Of a stretch of 64,000 nt of DNA, positions 48,786 through 58,727 are shown one piece after another. Positions within the stretch are counted from its first letter, which is position 1. Each line of letters begins with the position of its first letter. The notes under the pieces are model-generated. The model was not told the origin of the DNA, did not search any database, and worked only from the letters and a program-made list of their open reading frames with translations. The position numbers and the translations under genes are program-made. Origin of the DNA: an uncultured Pseudomonadota bacterium (GTDB taxonomy: Bacteria > Babelota > Babeliae > Babelales > JAUPTZ01); the NCBI GenBank assembly GCA_964429275.1, contig CAYSBJ010000001.1:451776-515775 (forward strand). Reading direction: 5' to 3'.

Positions 48786-50033
48786 ATGTCTAAACACTTA
48801 GATATCTACAAAGAACGGCGAGCGCGTCTTCATAAACTTTTAGCTCTTTCTGAGCGCGATACTATTGTTTTATGTGCTGGGGTTGAACCTCGACACGGTC
48901 TTTTTAGGCAAGAAAGCACTTTTTATTACTATACCGGCCTTGAAGAGCCGGGAGCTGTTCTCTGTATTGAGGGGGGCGGCAATGAATTGCTCTATGTTCC
49001 GTCCTATGAAGGGGTGCGGGGAAAGTGGGTAGCTCATGAAGTTGTTGCGGGAAGTGACCCTGCGGTGTATGGGGTAACTGAGATTCGGTATTTAGGTAAA
49101 GCGGCTGGCGGGTACTCATTGCGCCCATTTGCTAATGATAAAATGTATAGTGACTTGGTTTCTTATATTGCGAGTCGCTCCGGGAAAATCTATTCAACAG
49201 GAACGCCACAATGGTTTGGTGCGTATCCGGAGCAAGTGCTTTGGTATTTAAGCCAGCATGTTTCTTCTTTTAATCAAAATTTTATTGACATGAGTGCCAC
49301 GGTTGGGGCTATGCGCCGCATCAAGGACGCTCATGAACTTTCTTGCATTCGTACTGCAATAGAGCGTACGGCGGCTGGACAGGCTGTTGCACGGTCTTTA
49401 ATGCAGGCGGGACGTTCTGAAGGTGAGGTCCGCGGCGCTCTTGAAGCAGAGTTTGTACGGTTGGGCAGCCGTGTACCGGCGTTTGAGAGTATTGTAGCGA
49501 CGGGCATAAATGGTACGGTATTGCATTATATAGATGAGAAGTCAGTATTAGCGGATGGCGATCTGGTGGTCGTTGATATTGGTGCTACCTGCGCCAATTA
49601 TGCGGCTGATATTACCCGTACCTACCCGGTAAGCGGTACGTATACGGCACGGCAAAAAGAGCTGTATAAAATAGTGTTGGATACCCAGGCGCATGTTGCT
49701 TCAGTAGCCAAGCCGGGGATGTATCTAAATAACAGGAATGAGCCGGAGAAGTCCTTACATCATATTGCCGTGGCGTATCTTGATCGCTACGGTTTAGGTG
49801 GCTTTATGCCGCATGGCATCGGACATTTTATGGGTCTTGATGTTCATGATGTAGGCGACCGTTCTGTGCCACTGGCGCCGGGTGATGTGATTACTATTGA
49901 GCCAGGGATTTATATTGCGGCGGAAAAAATTGGCATTCGAATAGAAGATGATTACCTGATTACTGAAACCGGTACAGAGTGTTTGAGTGTTGCTATACCA
50001 AAAGAATTACATGATATTGAGGGGGGACGATAA
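48786..50033 (+). CDS. pepP: Xaa-Pro aminopeptidase (M24B)
   Basis: FRQESTFYYYTG, LHY, DIGA...YAADITRT, HGIGHFMGLDVHD, TIEPGIY, GIRIEDD. Confidence 0.93.
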   Translation: MSKHLDIYKERRARLHKLLALSERDTIVLCAGVEPRHGLFRQESTFYYYTGLEEPGAVLCIEGGGNELLYVPSYEGVRGKWVAHEVVAGSDPAVYGVTEIRYLGKAAGGYSLRPFANDKMYSDLVSYIASRSGKIYSTGTPQWFGAYPEQVLWYLSQHVSSFNQNFIDMSATVGAMRRIKDAHELSCIRTAIERTAAGQAVARSLMQAGRSEGEVRGALEAEFVRLGSRVPAFESIVATGINGTVLHYIDEKSVLADGDLVVVDIGATCANYAADITRTYPVSGTYTARQKELYKIVLDTQAHVASVAKPGMYLNNRNEPEKSLHHIAVAYLDRYGLGGFMPHGIGHFMGLDVHDVGDRSVPLAPGDVITIEPGIYIAAEKIGIRIEDDYLITETGTECLSVAIPKELHDIEGGR

Positions 50034-51706
50034 TGGTACGTAAGGAAGAACAAATAACTATAAAAGCTTTGCATGAGCAAATTGCGGCACAAGGGACTCG
50101 GTTTATCATAGTTACCGGTGGGGTATGCTCTTCAATTGGTAAAGGGGTGTTGTTATCGAGTATTGGCGTGCTGTTGAAAGATGCCGGCTATCGTGTAGGG
50201 GTTATCAAGTGTGATCCGTACCTAAACGTTGATCCGGGGACCATGTCTCCGCTAGAACACGGTGAAGTTTTTGTAACTTGTGACGGCGCCGAAACTGACT
50301 TGGATTTAGGCCATTATGAGCGGATGCTCGGTGAAGCCTTTACGAAAGATTCCTCGGTAACAGCGGGTAAAGTCTATAGCCATTTGATTGCGGCTGAGCG
50401 GGATGGGGCTTATTTGGGAAAATGTATTACGGTTGTTCCTCATGTGACTGATGAAATTAAGCGACGATTGCTGACTTTTGCTCAAAAAGGTCAGTACGAT
50501 GTAGTGATGGTGGAAATTGGTGGTACCGTTGGTGATATTGAAGGCGAAATTTTTTTAGAAGCGGTGCGAGAGCTCCGTCATATACTCCCACGTGGGCATG
50601 TCGTGCACACTCATCTGAGCTTAGTTCCTTACCTGCCGTGGGCAAATGAAACGAAAACAAAGCCGACGCAGCACAGCGTTATGATGTTGAAGCGGGCAGG
50701 TTTGGCTCCCGACCTCTTGTTTTTGCGTACGGTCAAAGCAATGGCTAAGCGTGAGTTGAAAAAGGTATCAGTTATGTGTGGGGTAGCAGAAGAAGCAGTA
50801 TTTCAAGTCCGTACTCGTAGTCCGCTCTATACCCTCTTTTTTGATTTGAACGAGCAAGGTGTCCTTCATCAGGTACAAGAGGTTGCAGGATTGCCGACGC
50901 AACGAGTCGCTCATTTGGAGCAGTGGCAATCCGTGCTGGACGCCATTGAGGCAGCAACTCAGCCGGTACGTATTGGAATGGTAGCTAAATATGTTGGCAG
51001 TAATGATCCGTATATTAGTTTGGTGGAGGCGCTTAAATCAGCGGGACATGCCAACGGGCTTGCTATTGAATTGGTTACGATTGATTCACAAGAACTGGAA
51101 GAAATGTCGGCGACCGAGCGTGAAACTTTGCTGCAGACACTGGATGGTGTGGTCATTCCTGGTGGCTTTGATAAACGCGGCGTTGAAGGAAAGATTGCGG
51201 CGACCAAGTGGGCACGTGAACGTAAGGTTCCCTTTATGGGAATTTGCCTTGGTATGCAGGTAATGCTGATTGAGGCGGCACGTAATCTGTGTGGCTTGAA
51301 AGCGGCGACTAGTACTGAGTTTGATGTTGATACCCCAGATCCGGTTATTACTATGATCGACGAACAGCATAAGGTGGTGCGTAAAGGCGGCACGATGCGT
51401 TTGGGTACGTATACCTGTGACCTTGTAAAAGGAAGCAAGGCTCGCGAGTTTTACGGATCTGATTCGGTTGGTGAACGCCATCGCCACCGCTACGAGTTCA
51501 ACAATACGTATAAAAATAAGCTGGAAGGCAAAGGAGTGCGTTTTTCTGGGATATGCCCGCAGAATAATCTGGTCGAAGTGGCTGAGATGATCGATCATCC
51601 GTTTATGATTGGTGTCCAGTTCCATCCAGAATATCGGGCAACTCCATTGGTTCCCCATCCATTGCTCAGTGCGTTTATGGCACAGGTGAAGAAAAAGCTC
51701 GTTTGA
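50033..51706 (+). CDS. pyrG: CTP synthase
   Basis: VTGGVCSSIGKG, DPYLNVDPGTMSP, KTKPTQHSV, GICLGMQ, ERHRHRYE, QFHPE. Confidence 0.98.
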   Translation: MVRKEEQITIKALHEQIAAQGTRFIIVTGGVCSSIGKGVLLSSIGVLLKDAGYRVGVIKCDPYLNVDPGTMSPLEHGEVFVTCDGAETDLDLGHYERMLGEAFTKDSSVTAGKVYSHLIAAERDGAYLGKCITVVPHVTDEIKRRLLTFAQKGQYDVVMVEIGGTVGDIEGEIFLEAVRELRHILPRGHVVHTHLSLVPYLPWANETKTKPTQHSVMMLKRAGLAPDLLFLRTVKAMAKRELKKVSVMCGVAEEAVFQVRTRSPLYTLFFDLNEQGVLHQVQEVAGLPTQRVAHLEQWQSVLDAIEAATQPVRIGMVAKYVGSNDPYISLVEALKSAGHANGLAIELVTIDSQELEEMSATERETLLQTLDGVVIPGGFDKRGVEGKIAATKWARERKVPFMGICLGMQVMLIEAARNLCGLKAATSTEFDVDTPDPVITMIDEQHKVVRKGGTMRLGTYTCDLVKGSKAREFYGSDSVGERHRHRYEFNNTYKNKLEGKGVRFSGICPQNNLVEVAEMIDHPFMIGVQFHPEYRATPLVPHPLLSAFMAQVKKKLV

Positions 51707-51731
51707 CGGCAGCGGTTTTTTACCGTAGAAT
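51703..51731 (+). promoter_or_regulatory. Sigma70 promoter of rplM overlapping the pyrG stop codon
   Basis: TTGACG-N17-TAGAAT. Confidence 0.6.
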
Positions 51732-51841
51732 AACCGCCTCTTTTCTTTTAGTTAAAACAATTTAAAGACAATTAAAGCAGTGTTTATCGCGTTCCCGTTC
51801 AAGCGTGCGCACCGCCGTAATAATCAAAAGGTAGCTGTATT

Positions 51842-52279
51842 ATGATCGATATGAATAAGGCCTTCTTCCTTCGGGTTGAAGATCGCGCGCCGCAATGGCA
51901 TGTTATTGACGCTGAAGGACAAACTCTTGGTCGCTTGTCGACACAAATTGCGACGCTGCTTCGTGGCCGTCACAAACCTCAGTATACCGCCCATACAGAC
52001 AGCGGCGATTATGTTATCGTTTTGAACTGTGATAAGTTTATCGTAACTGGCAACAAGATGCTGGGTAAAGAGTATATTAGCTACTCTGGCTGGCGTGGTG
52101 GTAAGAAGGTAGTGACCTTGCAAAACAAACTTGCAGCGCATCCAACTGACATTATCCGTTTGGCAGTGAAGGGCATGTTGCCGCGTACTTCAATGGGCCG
52201 TCAAGTTATTGATAAGCTTAAGTTGTACACTGGTGACACGCATCCACACATTGGACAAGCGCCACAACTAGCGAAGTAA
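51842..52279 (+). CDS. rplM: 50S ribosomal protein L13
   Basis: WHVIDAEGQTLGRL, LRGRHKP, GDYVIV, AVKGMLP. Confidence 0.97.
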   Translation: MIDMNKAFFLRVEDRAPQWHVIDAEGQTLGRLSTQIATLLRGRHKPQYTAHTDSGDYVIVLNCDKFIVTGNKMLGKEYISYSGWRGGKKVVTLQNKLAAHPTDIIRLAVKGMLPRTSMGRQVIDKLKLYTGDTHPHIGQAPQLAK

Positions 52280-52324
52280 CAAAAGAATCTGCGTAAGGCC
52301 GGCTGTGGCTTTACGTTTATGACC

Positions 52325-52359
52325 TGAAAAAAGCCTCGGAATTTCCGAGGCTTTTTTCA
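52325..52359. terminator. Bidirectional terminator
   Basis: TGAAAAAAGCCTCGGAA / TTCCGAGGCTTTTTTCA. Confidence 0.88.
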
Positions 52360-52382
52360 TTTTTGGCATCAAAATGGTGGTG

Positions 52383-53021
52383 TTAAAAAGCGAAGGTGTG
52401 GCCTTCTACGACAAACTCAGAGATTTCTTTACGTTGTGTTGAGCGGCGTTTGTCACGGCTTATCGTGTCTTGTCGAATGCCGCTAGTTGCCTGCTTGCCG
52501 AGGCCAAACATGAGAACAATGTCAAAATTATCTGGAACTTGTAGTACTTGGCGTGCTTCCTCAAATTCTATTTCTCCTGAGACGTGGGTAACCAAGCCGA
52601 GCATCGTGGCTTGAATGGCTAAGCTCATCCAGGAGCACCCAACCTCAAATTCGGTTCTATCGGATTGCTTGCCGCCGTGACTCCTTTTTTTTCTGAGAAC
52701 GACCGCTAAAACCGGGGCATCTTGCGCCCACCACCGATTTCCTGCGCCGATAAGGCGGAGCAGGACATCCCAGCTTTGTGTGCCGCGATGTGCGTAGATG
52801 TAGTGGGTTGGCTGTTGGTTCCATGCGGAGGGTGCCCATCGCGCCGCCTCAAAAACACAGCGAAGCTGCTCGTCACTGACTCGTTCGTCGGTAAAGGAGT
52901 ATACGGTTCGTCGTTTAAGAAATGCAGGATGAGGGGCGAGGGCGCCCTGTATGTTAGCGGTGGCGATGGCTAAGGTCGCAGCGACAATGCCGCCGACTGT
53001 TTTTATGAGTCGAATATTCAT
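52383..53021 (-). CDS. Nitroreductase family protein with N-terminal signal-like extension
   Basis: RRTVYSF, FEAARWAPSAWNQQP, LAIQATMLGL, RKEISEFV; likely start MNIRLIK at 53021. Confidence 0.88.
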   Translation of the reverse strand: MNIRLIKTVGGIVAATLAIATANIQGALAPHPAFLKRRTVYSFTDERVSDEQLRCVFEAARWAPSAWNQQPTHYIYAHRGTQSWDVLLRLIGAGNRWWAQDAPVLAVVLRKKRSHGGKQSDRTEFEVGCSWMSLAIQATMLGLVTHVSGEIEFEEARQVLQVPDNFDIVLMFGLGKQATSGIRQDTISRDKRRSTQRKEISEFVVEGHTFAF

Positions 53022-53122
53022 ATACAATAATGCCTCAGTGTTGAGATCCCTACTGTCATTATGGCTGAGGCATGGACCTTGAGTACAGCCTTTACAGGGA
53101 TAGGATGTCATTAAGGGCCAAA

Positions 53123-53761
53123 CTATGGAGTAACGAGTCGGATCTCGATCCGTTCGATGCCGCGCCCTGGCCGCTCTCGCTTGAGGGTAACGTAGCCGAC
53201 TTCGGCGGTGGATCGCACATGGGTGCCGCCGCAGGGGACCTGGGCAAAGCCTTCAATTTTCCAAAAGCGACGTTGCGTCTCAACATCTGAGTAGTCGGTA
53301 ATAATGGGGAAGTCGTTTTTAATGATTTCATTGTACTCGGCAAGGATCGCCTCAAAATGAGTGCCGATGTGGGTGTCGCTTATAAAATCAATGCGTGATT
53401 TGCTTTCGGCAATGTGAGCACCGATCTTCTCGTAGCCAAACTTTCGCGAAACGATCTCAAGAATAAGCTCGGCTGCAAAATGGAGGCGCATGAGGCGATG
53501 TCGTCGTTGCCAGTCAATTTTCATGAGAACAGGGTCGCCAGGCTTGAGGCCGTGGCCTTCCGCTAATGTGTAGTAGATAAGGGTGCCGTCCCGGCGTGAG
53601 CCAAGGACGGCACTGTCATTTACCGTAGCGGCATCGCTCTCTTGGCCACCGGCAAAAGAGTAGGCGATGGTGGCAGCAAAAAGTACTTCGGTGCCTTGCA
53701 CCGACTCAACAGTCGTGTTCAGGCTGGTTTGATACGGGTTTTCCCAGAATACCTTTTTCAT
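53123..53761 (-). CDS. Free-standing alanyl-tRNA editing protein (AlaX family)
   Basis: FWENPY, GGQESD, IDWQRRHRLMRLHFAAE, PCGGTHVRSTAEVG. Confidence 0.88.
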   Translation of the reverse strand: MKKVFWENPYQTSLNTTVESVQGTEVLFAATIAYSFAGGQESDAATVNDSAVLGSRRDGTLIYYTLAEGHGLKPGDPVLMKIDWQRRHRLMRLHFAAELILEIVSRKFGYEKIGAHIAESKSRIDFISDTHIGTHFEAILAEYNEIIKNDFPIITDYSDVETQRRFWKIEGFAQVPCGGTHVRSTAEVGYVTLKRERPGRGIERIEIRLVTP

Positions 53762-53776
53762 TGCGGTTGTCGCTTA

Positions 53777-54913
53777 TTACGCTCCGATGAATCGAAGAAT
53801 GTCTCGATAGGACAATACTAATACCAACGCTATGAATAGGAACCAGGAAGCAATAATCATGCCTTCTTTGAGGCGCTGTGGTAATGGGCGACGGATGATG
53901 CCTTCAAGTAGAAGGAAGAGGAGCTGGCCACCGTCTAGGGCGCCGATAGGGATCAGGTTCATGAGTGCAAGACTGACGCTGATAGTACCCATAAATTGAA
54001 TGAGCGAGCGGAGGCCGTTTTGGGCGCTTTTGAACGTTTGGCTAAACATCGCGAGTGGACCGCCGACGCTATCAAGACTACGGCGACAGAACATGTTGGT
54101 GATGGCAGAGACGGTCGACTTAATGTAAAAGTGCGTAAGAGCAACTCCTTTAGTGATAGCGCTTGAAAGCGTATCAGACTCAAATTCACCCTCTATTGGT
54201 TTGGTTTGCATTTCGATAGCAACCCCTAAGAATCCTCGCTTATCTTCTGTTTCGCCCAACCTGACCCGTCTGATTTTGGCAAATCGTTCGGTGGTTGCCA
54301 GCGTAAGAGTCATTTTCTTTTGAGGGCTTGCGGCGATTGTTTGTAAAAATTCTTGCAATTGTTCTTGTGGGTTGCTGTCGTTGAGGCCAAAAGTCATGCC
54401 GTTATAACCGGTAATGATATCACCTGCCTTGATACCGCCTTGTTCTGCTGGGCTTTGAGCTGGGACAGAGGAGACGACAAATGCGGTCTTCATCTTGGGA
54501 CGAGTGCCGACGTAGAGCGTGATGAAGGCGCCGTATGCAAAGACAAGATTGAAGAGGATGCCGCCAAGGAGTACGAGCAATTTTTGCCAGAATGCTTTGC
54601 TTTCATAGGAATAGGCAGGATTTTCTGGTTCGCTGCCGGTGTCTACCATGCCAGCTTCTGGGTCACTCATGCCTTGAATAGCGCAGTAGCCGCCAAGTGG
54701 AATGAGGGAGAGTCGAAACTCAGTACTACCAATTTTCTTTTTGATAAGGCTGGGTCCAAAGCCGATGGAAAAGACTGGAACGCCGATACCAAACATCTTG
54801 GCAAAGATGAAATGCCCAAATTCATGCACGGTTATGAGAAGGCCAAAGCCAACCGCAGTGAGGAGTAGCGGGTATAGTTTGGTGATAGCTAGGGTAGAAA
54901 TGGTTGCGATCAT
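53777..54913 (-). CDS. rseP: RseP-type site-2 metalloprotease (M50) with PDZ domain
   Basis: HEFGH, FSIGFGP, IPLGGY, SPAEQGGIKAGD, NLIPIGALDGG. Confidence 0.93.
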   Translation of the reverse strand: MIATISTLAITKLYPLLLTAVGFGLLITVHEFGHFIFAKMFGIGVPVFSIGFGPSLIKKKIGSTEFRLSLIPLGGYCAIQGMSDPEAGMVDTGSEPENPAYSYESKAFWQKLLVLLGGILFNLVFAYGAFITLYVGTRPKMKTAFVVSSVPAQSPAEQGGIKAGDIITGYNGMTFGLNDSNPQEQLQEFLQTIAASPQKKMTLTLATTERFAKIRRVRLGETEDKRGFLGVAIEMQTKPIEGEFESDTLSSAITKGVALTHFYIKSTVSAITNMFCRRSLDSVGGPLAMFSQTFKSAQNGLRSLIQFMGTISVSLALMNLIPIGALDGGQLLFLLLEGIIRRPLPQRLKEGMIIASWFLFIALVLVLSYRDILRFIGA

Positions 54914-54995
54914 ACGATTCCTTTAGCGTAATAATGAGAGGCGAAAGCTATCATATTAGGCTTGGCGATGCAATTAAATGTTGCAGGGGGCTTTC

Positions 54996-55025
54996 TTGCC
55001 ACCTCATTCTTTTTGATGGTATAGT
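54996..55025 (+). promoter_or_regulatory. Putative promoter of the ankyrin gene
   Basis: TTGCCA-N18-TATAGT with extended -10 TG. Confidence 0.45.
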
Positions 55026-55073
55026 TAGAAACATCAAAATTTAGCTTTATCAACCCTTCCTCGCAGAGATACT

Positions 55074-56738
55074 ATGAAAAAGTCCTTTTTAATTTTTCTT
55101 ATTTACGCTATATGTGGCCTGCCAGTCAGCATGCTAGCCAAGCCTGAATGGCTGACGGCGCCAGTGGGGGCCGGGGCGGTGGTGTCTACTGGTATTGGGG
55201 TTGCTACATACAATGCTTATCAAAAAATGCTCAAAGCCAAGGAAGCCTTTGAGCTGGCCGATTCCGCGGAAAATGAAGCTGAGTATCTGCAGGCTTCTTC
55301 GCGATTTAAAAAACTTATGGGCGCTAGTGTGTTGTCTGTGCTTGTCACCGGTATTCTCGCTGCGATGCAAAAGAAAACGGAAGTGTTGGCCGGTGGCATC
55401 GCGCGAACTGGTGCAGTAGTGTCAATATCTCACAGCGTGACGAATCAAAGTGCAGGTGAGGCGATTAGTGGTAACTCGGAAATGAGCACAGCTTCTTACG
55501 TAACTCAACAGCCATATGTCAGCCAAGTGCCTGATGTTGCTCGTGCCCGTACGAATGATTTGACGCAATACGTCACTCCGGGGCATTCTGCTCCTCCGGC
55601 TCCTCGTTATTTCCCAGTGCCGGCTGCTCCAGCTTCATCAATAGCACAAGAGTCTTTCATCACTGTTCGGAATTGGGTTATGCACTCCGACGTTGAAAAA
55701 GTAAAAAAATACCTGGATGCCGGCGGAAACCCGAATGCTGGCGCGAGTTATGAGAAATACGGCCTTCTTGATTCTGCCAAAGATCACAAAACAGCGAATT
55801 TGTTGTTGCAAAAAGGGGGAAGGTCTCGCGATAAAGAGTATTTTGAGTTGATGTGTTTGCCTGATATCTTTCGTTCTGCATTGAGTGATCGTATTGGCGG
55901 CGGCGAAGAATCGTTGCGGGTTCTTAAAGAACATGGTTTTGACTTGAATGGATGGCGTGGCACGTATGGCACCACATTTCTCTCGGATATGGTTCAAGAG
56001 GGTAAGTTTAATGATATTAAGTTGATTCTCAGTACGCCGCTCGCAGATGTTAATGCAAAAAATAAAGATGGTTCGACGGCGCTTGATAGAGCATTGGGTG
56101 TTGGAAACTTGAATTTGGGTAAATATAAAGAGGCAGCAGTATTGCTTGAGCATGGCGGCAAAGGAGCACATCCAGGATCGTATGCGCTTGGAAAGATCGA
56201 AGTTCTTCTCCGTAAAGCGTTAGCTGATAAGGTCGACGGCCCAGCAGCACTTGCTGTTCTGGATAAGCATGGGATAGGGATTAATACTCCAGTGGTGGAA
56301 AGTCTTGATGACTGGAGTATTTTACTGACCCTTCTGTCTGAGGCAGCAGAGGATGGTGATTTAGGGCAGTTCGTACGTCTTTTAAGCGTTGAGCGAGTTG
56401 ATATTAATGCTCGTAATAGCGACGGGTCGACGGCGTTGATGTGTGCTGTGCTAGCGCGAAAACCTGCTATTATTTCTTCTCTCGGTAAAAATCCTGACGC
56501 TATGCTCCAAAGAAATGATGGTGCGACGGCTCTTATGCTTGCAATTGAGCATGACTTATCAATAGTAGATCAGCTTTTAGATTGTAGTCGAGCCTGGAAA
56601 ATGGATTTGAACGTGAATGCCGTTAATAAAACTGGTAAGACAGCCCTTGATATCGCCATAGAAAAGGGATTGAACCAAACGTGGATTGACCATTTCAAGC
56701 AATATGGGGCTAAAACAGCGGTTGAGTTGAAGGGGTAG
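55074..56738 (+). CDS. Ankyrin-repeat protein with signal peptide and two hydrophobic segments
   Basis: DVNAKNKDGSTAL, DINARNSDGSTALM, DGATALMLA, NVNAVNKTGKTALDIA. Confidence 0.9.
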   Translation: MKKSFLIFLIYAICGLPVSMLAKPEWLTAPVGAGAVVSTGIGVATYNAYQKMLKAKEAFELADSAENEAEYLQASSRFKKLMGASVLSVLVTGILAAMQKKTEVLAGGIARTGAVVSISHSVTNQSAGEAISGNSEMSTASYVTQQPYVSQVPDVARARTNDLTQYVTPGHSAPPAPRYFPVPAAPASSIAQESFITVRNWVMHSDVEKVKKYLDAGGNPNAGASYEKYGLLDSAKDHKTANLLLQKGGRSRDKEYFELMCLPDIFRSALSDRIGGGEESLRVLKEHGFDLNGWRGTYGTTFLSDMVQEGKFNDIKLILSTPLADVNAKNKDGSTALDRALGVGNLNLGKYKEAAVLLEHGGKGAHPGSYALGKIEVLLRKALADKVDGPAALAVLDKHGIGINTPVVESLDDWSILLTLLSEAAEDGDLGQFVRLLSVERVDINARNSDGSTALMCAVLARKPAIISSLGKNPDAMLQRNDGATALMLAIEHDLSIVDQLLDCSRAWKMDLNVNAVNKTGKTALDIAIEKGLNQTWIDHFKQYGAKTAVELKG

Positions 56739-56759
56739 TAACCTTTTTTAAGATCTTTT

Positions 56760-56791
56760 AAGGCCTGGGAATTGCCTGGGCCTTCTTTTTT
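56760..56791 (+). terminator. Rho-independent terminator after the ankyrin gene
   Basis: AAGGCC...GGCCTT stem plus CTTTTTT. Confidence 0.6.
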
Positions 56792-56888
56792 ATCGCTGGG
56801 ACCGCAAGGTAAGTACATAGAGTGGGTAGTTTCATTAGCATTTTTTACACTTTACCTGCCTGGGGAAAGTTCTATAGGCGGCGAATGC

Positions 56889-57024
56889 CGTCATTGCGAG
56901 CGAAGCGCGGCAATCCAGGGATTGCTTATAAGTGGATTGCTCCGCCGACACCCCTAACGGGGGCTGAGGCGTGACGCGCCGCAGTATCGAAGGCCGTTCG
57001 TCACGCTGCTCCTCGCAATGACGC
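56889..57024. repeat. REP/RPE-like palindromic element
   Basis: Terminal inverted repeats CGTCATTGCGAG / CTCGCAATGACG, internal GCAATCC / GGATTGC pair; 18-bp exact inverted match to 2281..2298. Confidence 0.8.
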
Positions 57025-57175
57025 GTAATTACGCGTCTATAATTATCATCCTGTTTTTTGCATTCTATAAATGAGCTAGACGTGTCTACCCTGCTAGTAT
57101 TGCTAAAAAGTTGCTAAAACCAGCATTTCTGTTATCTTTTTCATAGGTATTGTTTCTAGTATAAGGTGCAAAAAT

Positions 57176-58471
57176 ATGAAAAGATTTGGCGAACGCGTGT
57201 GGCTAATTGCGCTGCTTTTCGCTTGTACGACGGCGACGTCGGCGGTTATGCAGGGTGAGGCGGAGCCAGATTTGGTGTCGAACGTGCCTGCTGAAATGAC
57301 CGCGCCGGTTGTGCCGTATGCCTTGCCTTCTTACTGGCGCAGATTTGGTGATGAGTATGCCGTGGGGGTTGTAAGTAATGATGAGTGGTATCGCGTGGCC
57401 CAAGATGACATTGTTGACCGCTTTCAGCAAGCCGCCTCGATGGTTGGTGGCATTCTTCTCTATCGTCCGTCTGGAGTTATCCTCGATGAGCACCCCCTTG
57501 TATTCTGGGTGGTGCATGGTACTTGGTCTCGTGGCCATGGTGACTTTTGTGATCCGAATAATCCTATTTTTGCTTCGATAGCCGAATTTGCCATTGAACT
57601 GGCTCGTCGTCGTCAGCGGCCAATTGAAATTATTTCGTATAACTGGCACTCGAATGATTCGCATGAGGCTCGTCGTGAGGCCGGTAGTGGGCTCCGTGGG
57701 TTGGCTGAAACATTTTATAGCCCTGAGTGTGGCTACGGTGCCCATTGGGGCATTGGACATAGTCACGGGGTGAACGTGCTCTTTGTAGCATCTCAAGAGA
57801 CTTCCTTTGATTCTATAATTTCTTTAGGAGCACCCGTCATGGATTCGGTGTATGCTCCTATTCATGTTGAGCGCATTTACCATTTCTATTCTCTTAATGA
57901 CCTGGTTCAGAAGGCTGGCTCATTTGACCGTCGATCGATTCGTCGTATTTGGCTTTCATCAAGTAATGGGCGTATTTACACTGGTTCTCGTTACTTGCGG
58001 GTGGCCAACAACTTTCGCGTAATGCTTGATGGTATTGATCCTGGCCATTTGAGCTTAAAGCTTTTGGTTCCGTATTTATGGCAAATTCTTGATACGGTGC
58101 AAGGACATTACGAGTTTCATACTCACTTCAATGTGAACGTGCCGAAAGCATATAGTGGCAGTGATAACCTTCCATGCGTTTCAATTCGTGACAAAGTTGA
58201 GTTACTTGATATGCTTGAGTGGATGGGTGAGTCTGCGGTTACCGCTGAGTTAGTCGAAAAATTTAAATCTGAGCTCCTTTTTTCCAAACAACAGGAAGAT
58301 AGTTTTGCTTCGCGGTATCATGGTCGTCGCATTAGCAGCGGCAGTAGGTGGTGGCAATGGATCTTTGCCAACTGGATTGAGCTGGGTTTTATTATTAATG
58401 AAGTTGCACCGGCTTTGCGGCCTGGTGTGTATCTTAATTATTCATTAGTTCGTGAAACAAGTGATACCTGA
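57176..58471 (+). CDS. Exported alpha/beta-hydrolase fold protein
   Basis: Signal peptide, VHGTW, nucleophile elbow GHSHG, ISLGAP, D-x-VQ. Confidence 0.75.
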   Translation: MKRFGERVWLIALLFACTTATSAVMQGEAEPDLVSNVPAEMTAPVVPYALPSYWRRFGDEYAVGVVSNDEWYRVAQDDIVDRFQQAASMVGGILLYRPSGVILDEHPLVFWVVHGTWSRGHGDFCDPNNPIFASIAEFAIELARRRQRPIEIISYNWHSNDSHEARREAGSGLRGLAETFYSPECGYGAHWGIGHSHGVNVLFVASQETSFDSIISLGAPVMDSVYAPIHVERIYHFYSLNDLVQKAGSFDRRSIRRIWLSSSNGRIYTGSRYLRVANNFRVMLDGIDPGHLSLKLLVPYLWQILDTVQGHYEFHTHFNVNVPKAYSGSDNLPCVSIRDKVELLDMLEWMGESAVTAELVEKFKSELLFSKQQEDSFASRYHGRRISSGSRWWQWIFANWIELGFIINEVAPALRPGVYLNYSLVRETSDT

Positions 58472-58544
58472 GAGCTGATCAGCGTATCCGGTGCTTTGGG
58501 CGGCTGGAAATCGGCTTTTCTTCGTCGCAAAGCAATTTTTCCCC

Positions 58545-58572
58545 TTGAAAAAAGTTGAAAAATGGCTACAAT
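58545..58572 (+). promoter_or_regulatory. Putative promoter of the str-S10 operon
   Basis: TTGAAA-N16-TACAAT. Confidence 0.5.
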
Positions 58573-58727
58573 TATGCCGGTCGTAAAATTCACCCTCCAT
58601 TATGGGGGTGCTCTCAGAAAGCTACCGGACACATCTAAAGTACCGTTCTTATGTGGCAAAGCTGCATGTTTACCCGGTGGATTAGGAATTAGCACGAAAG
58701 TAGTAGTTATAAGTAGGATGTTGCATT

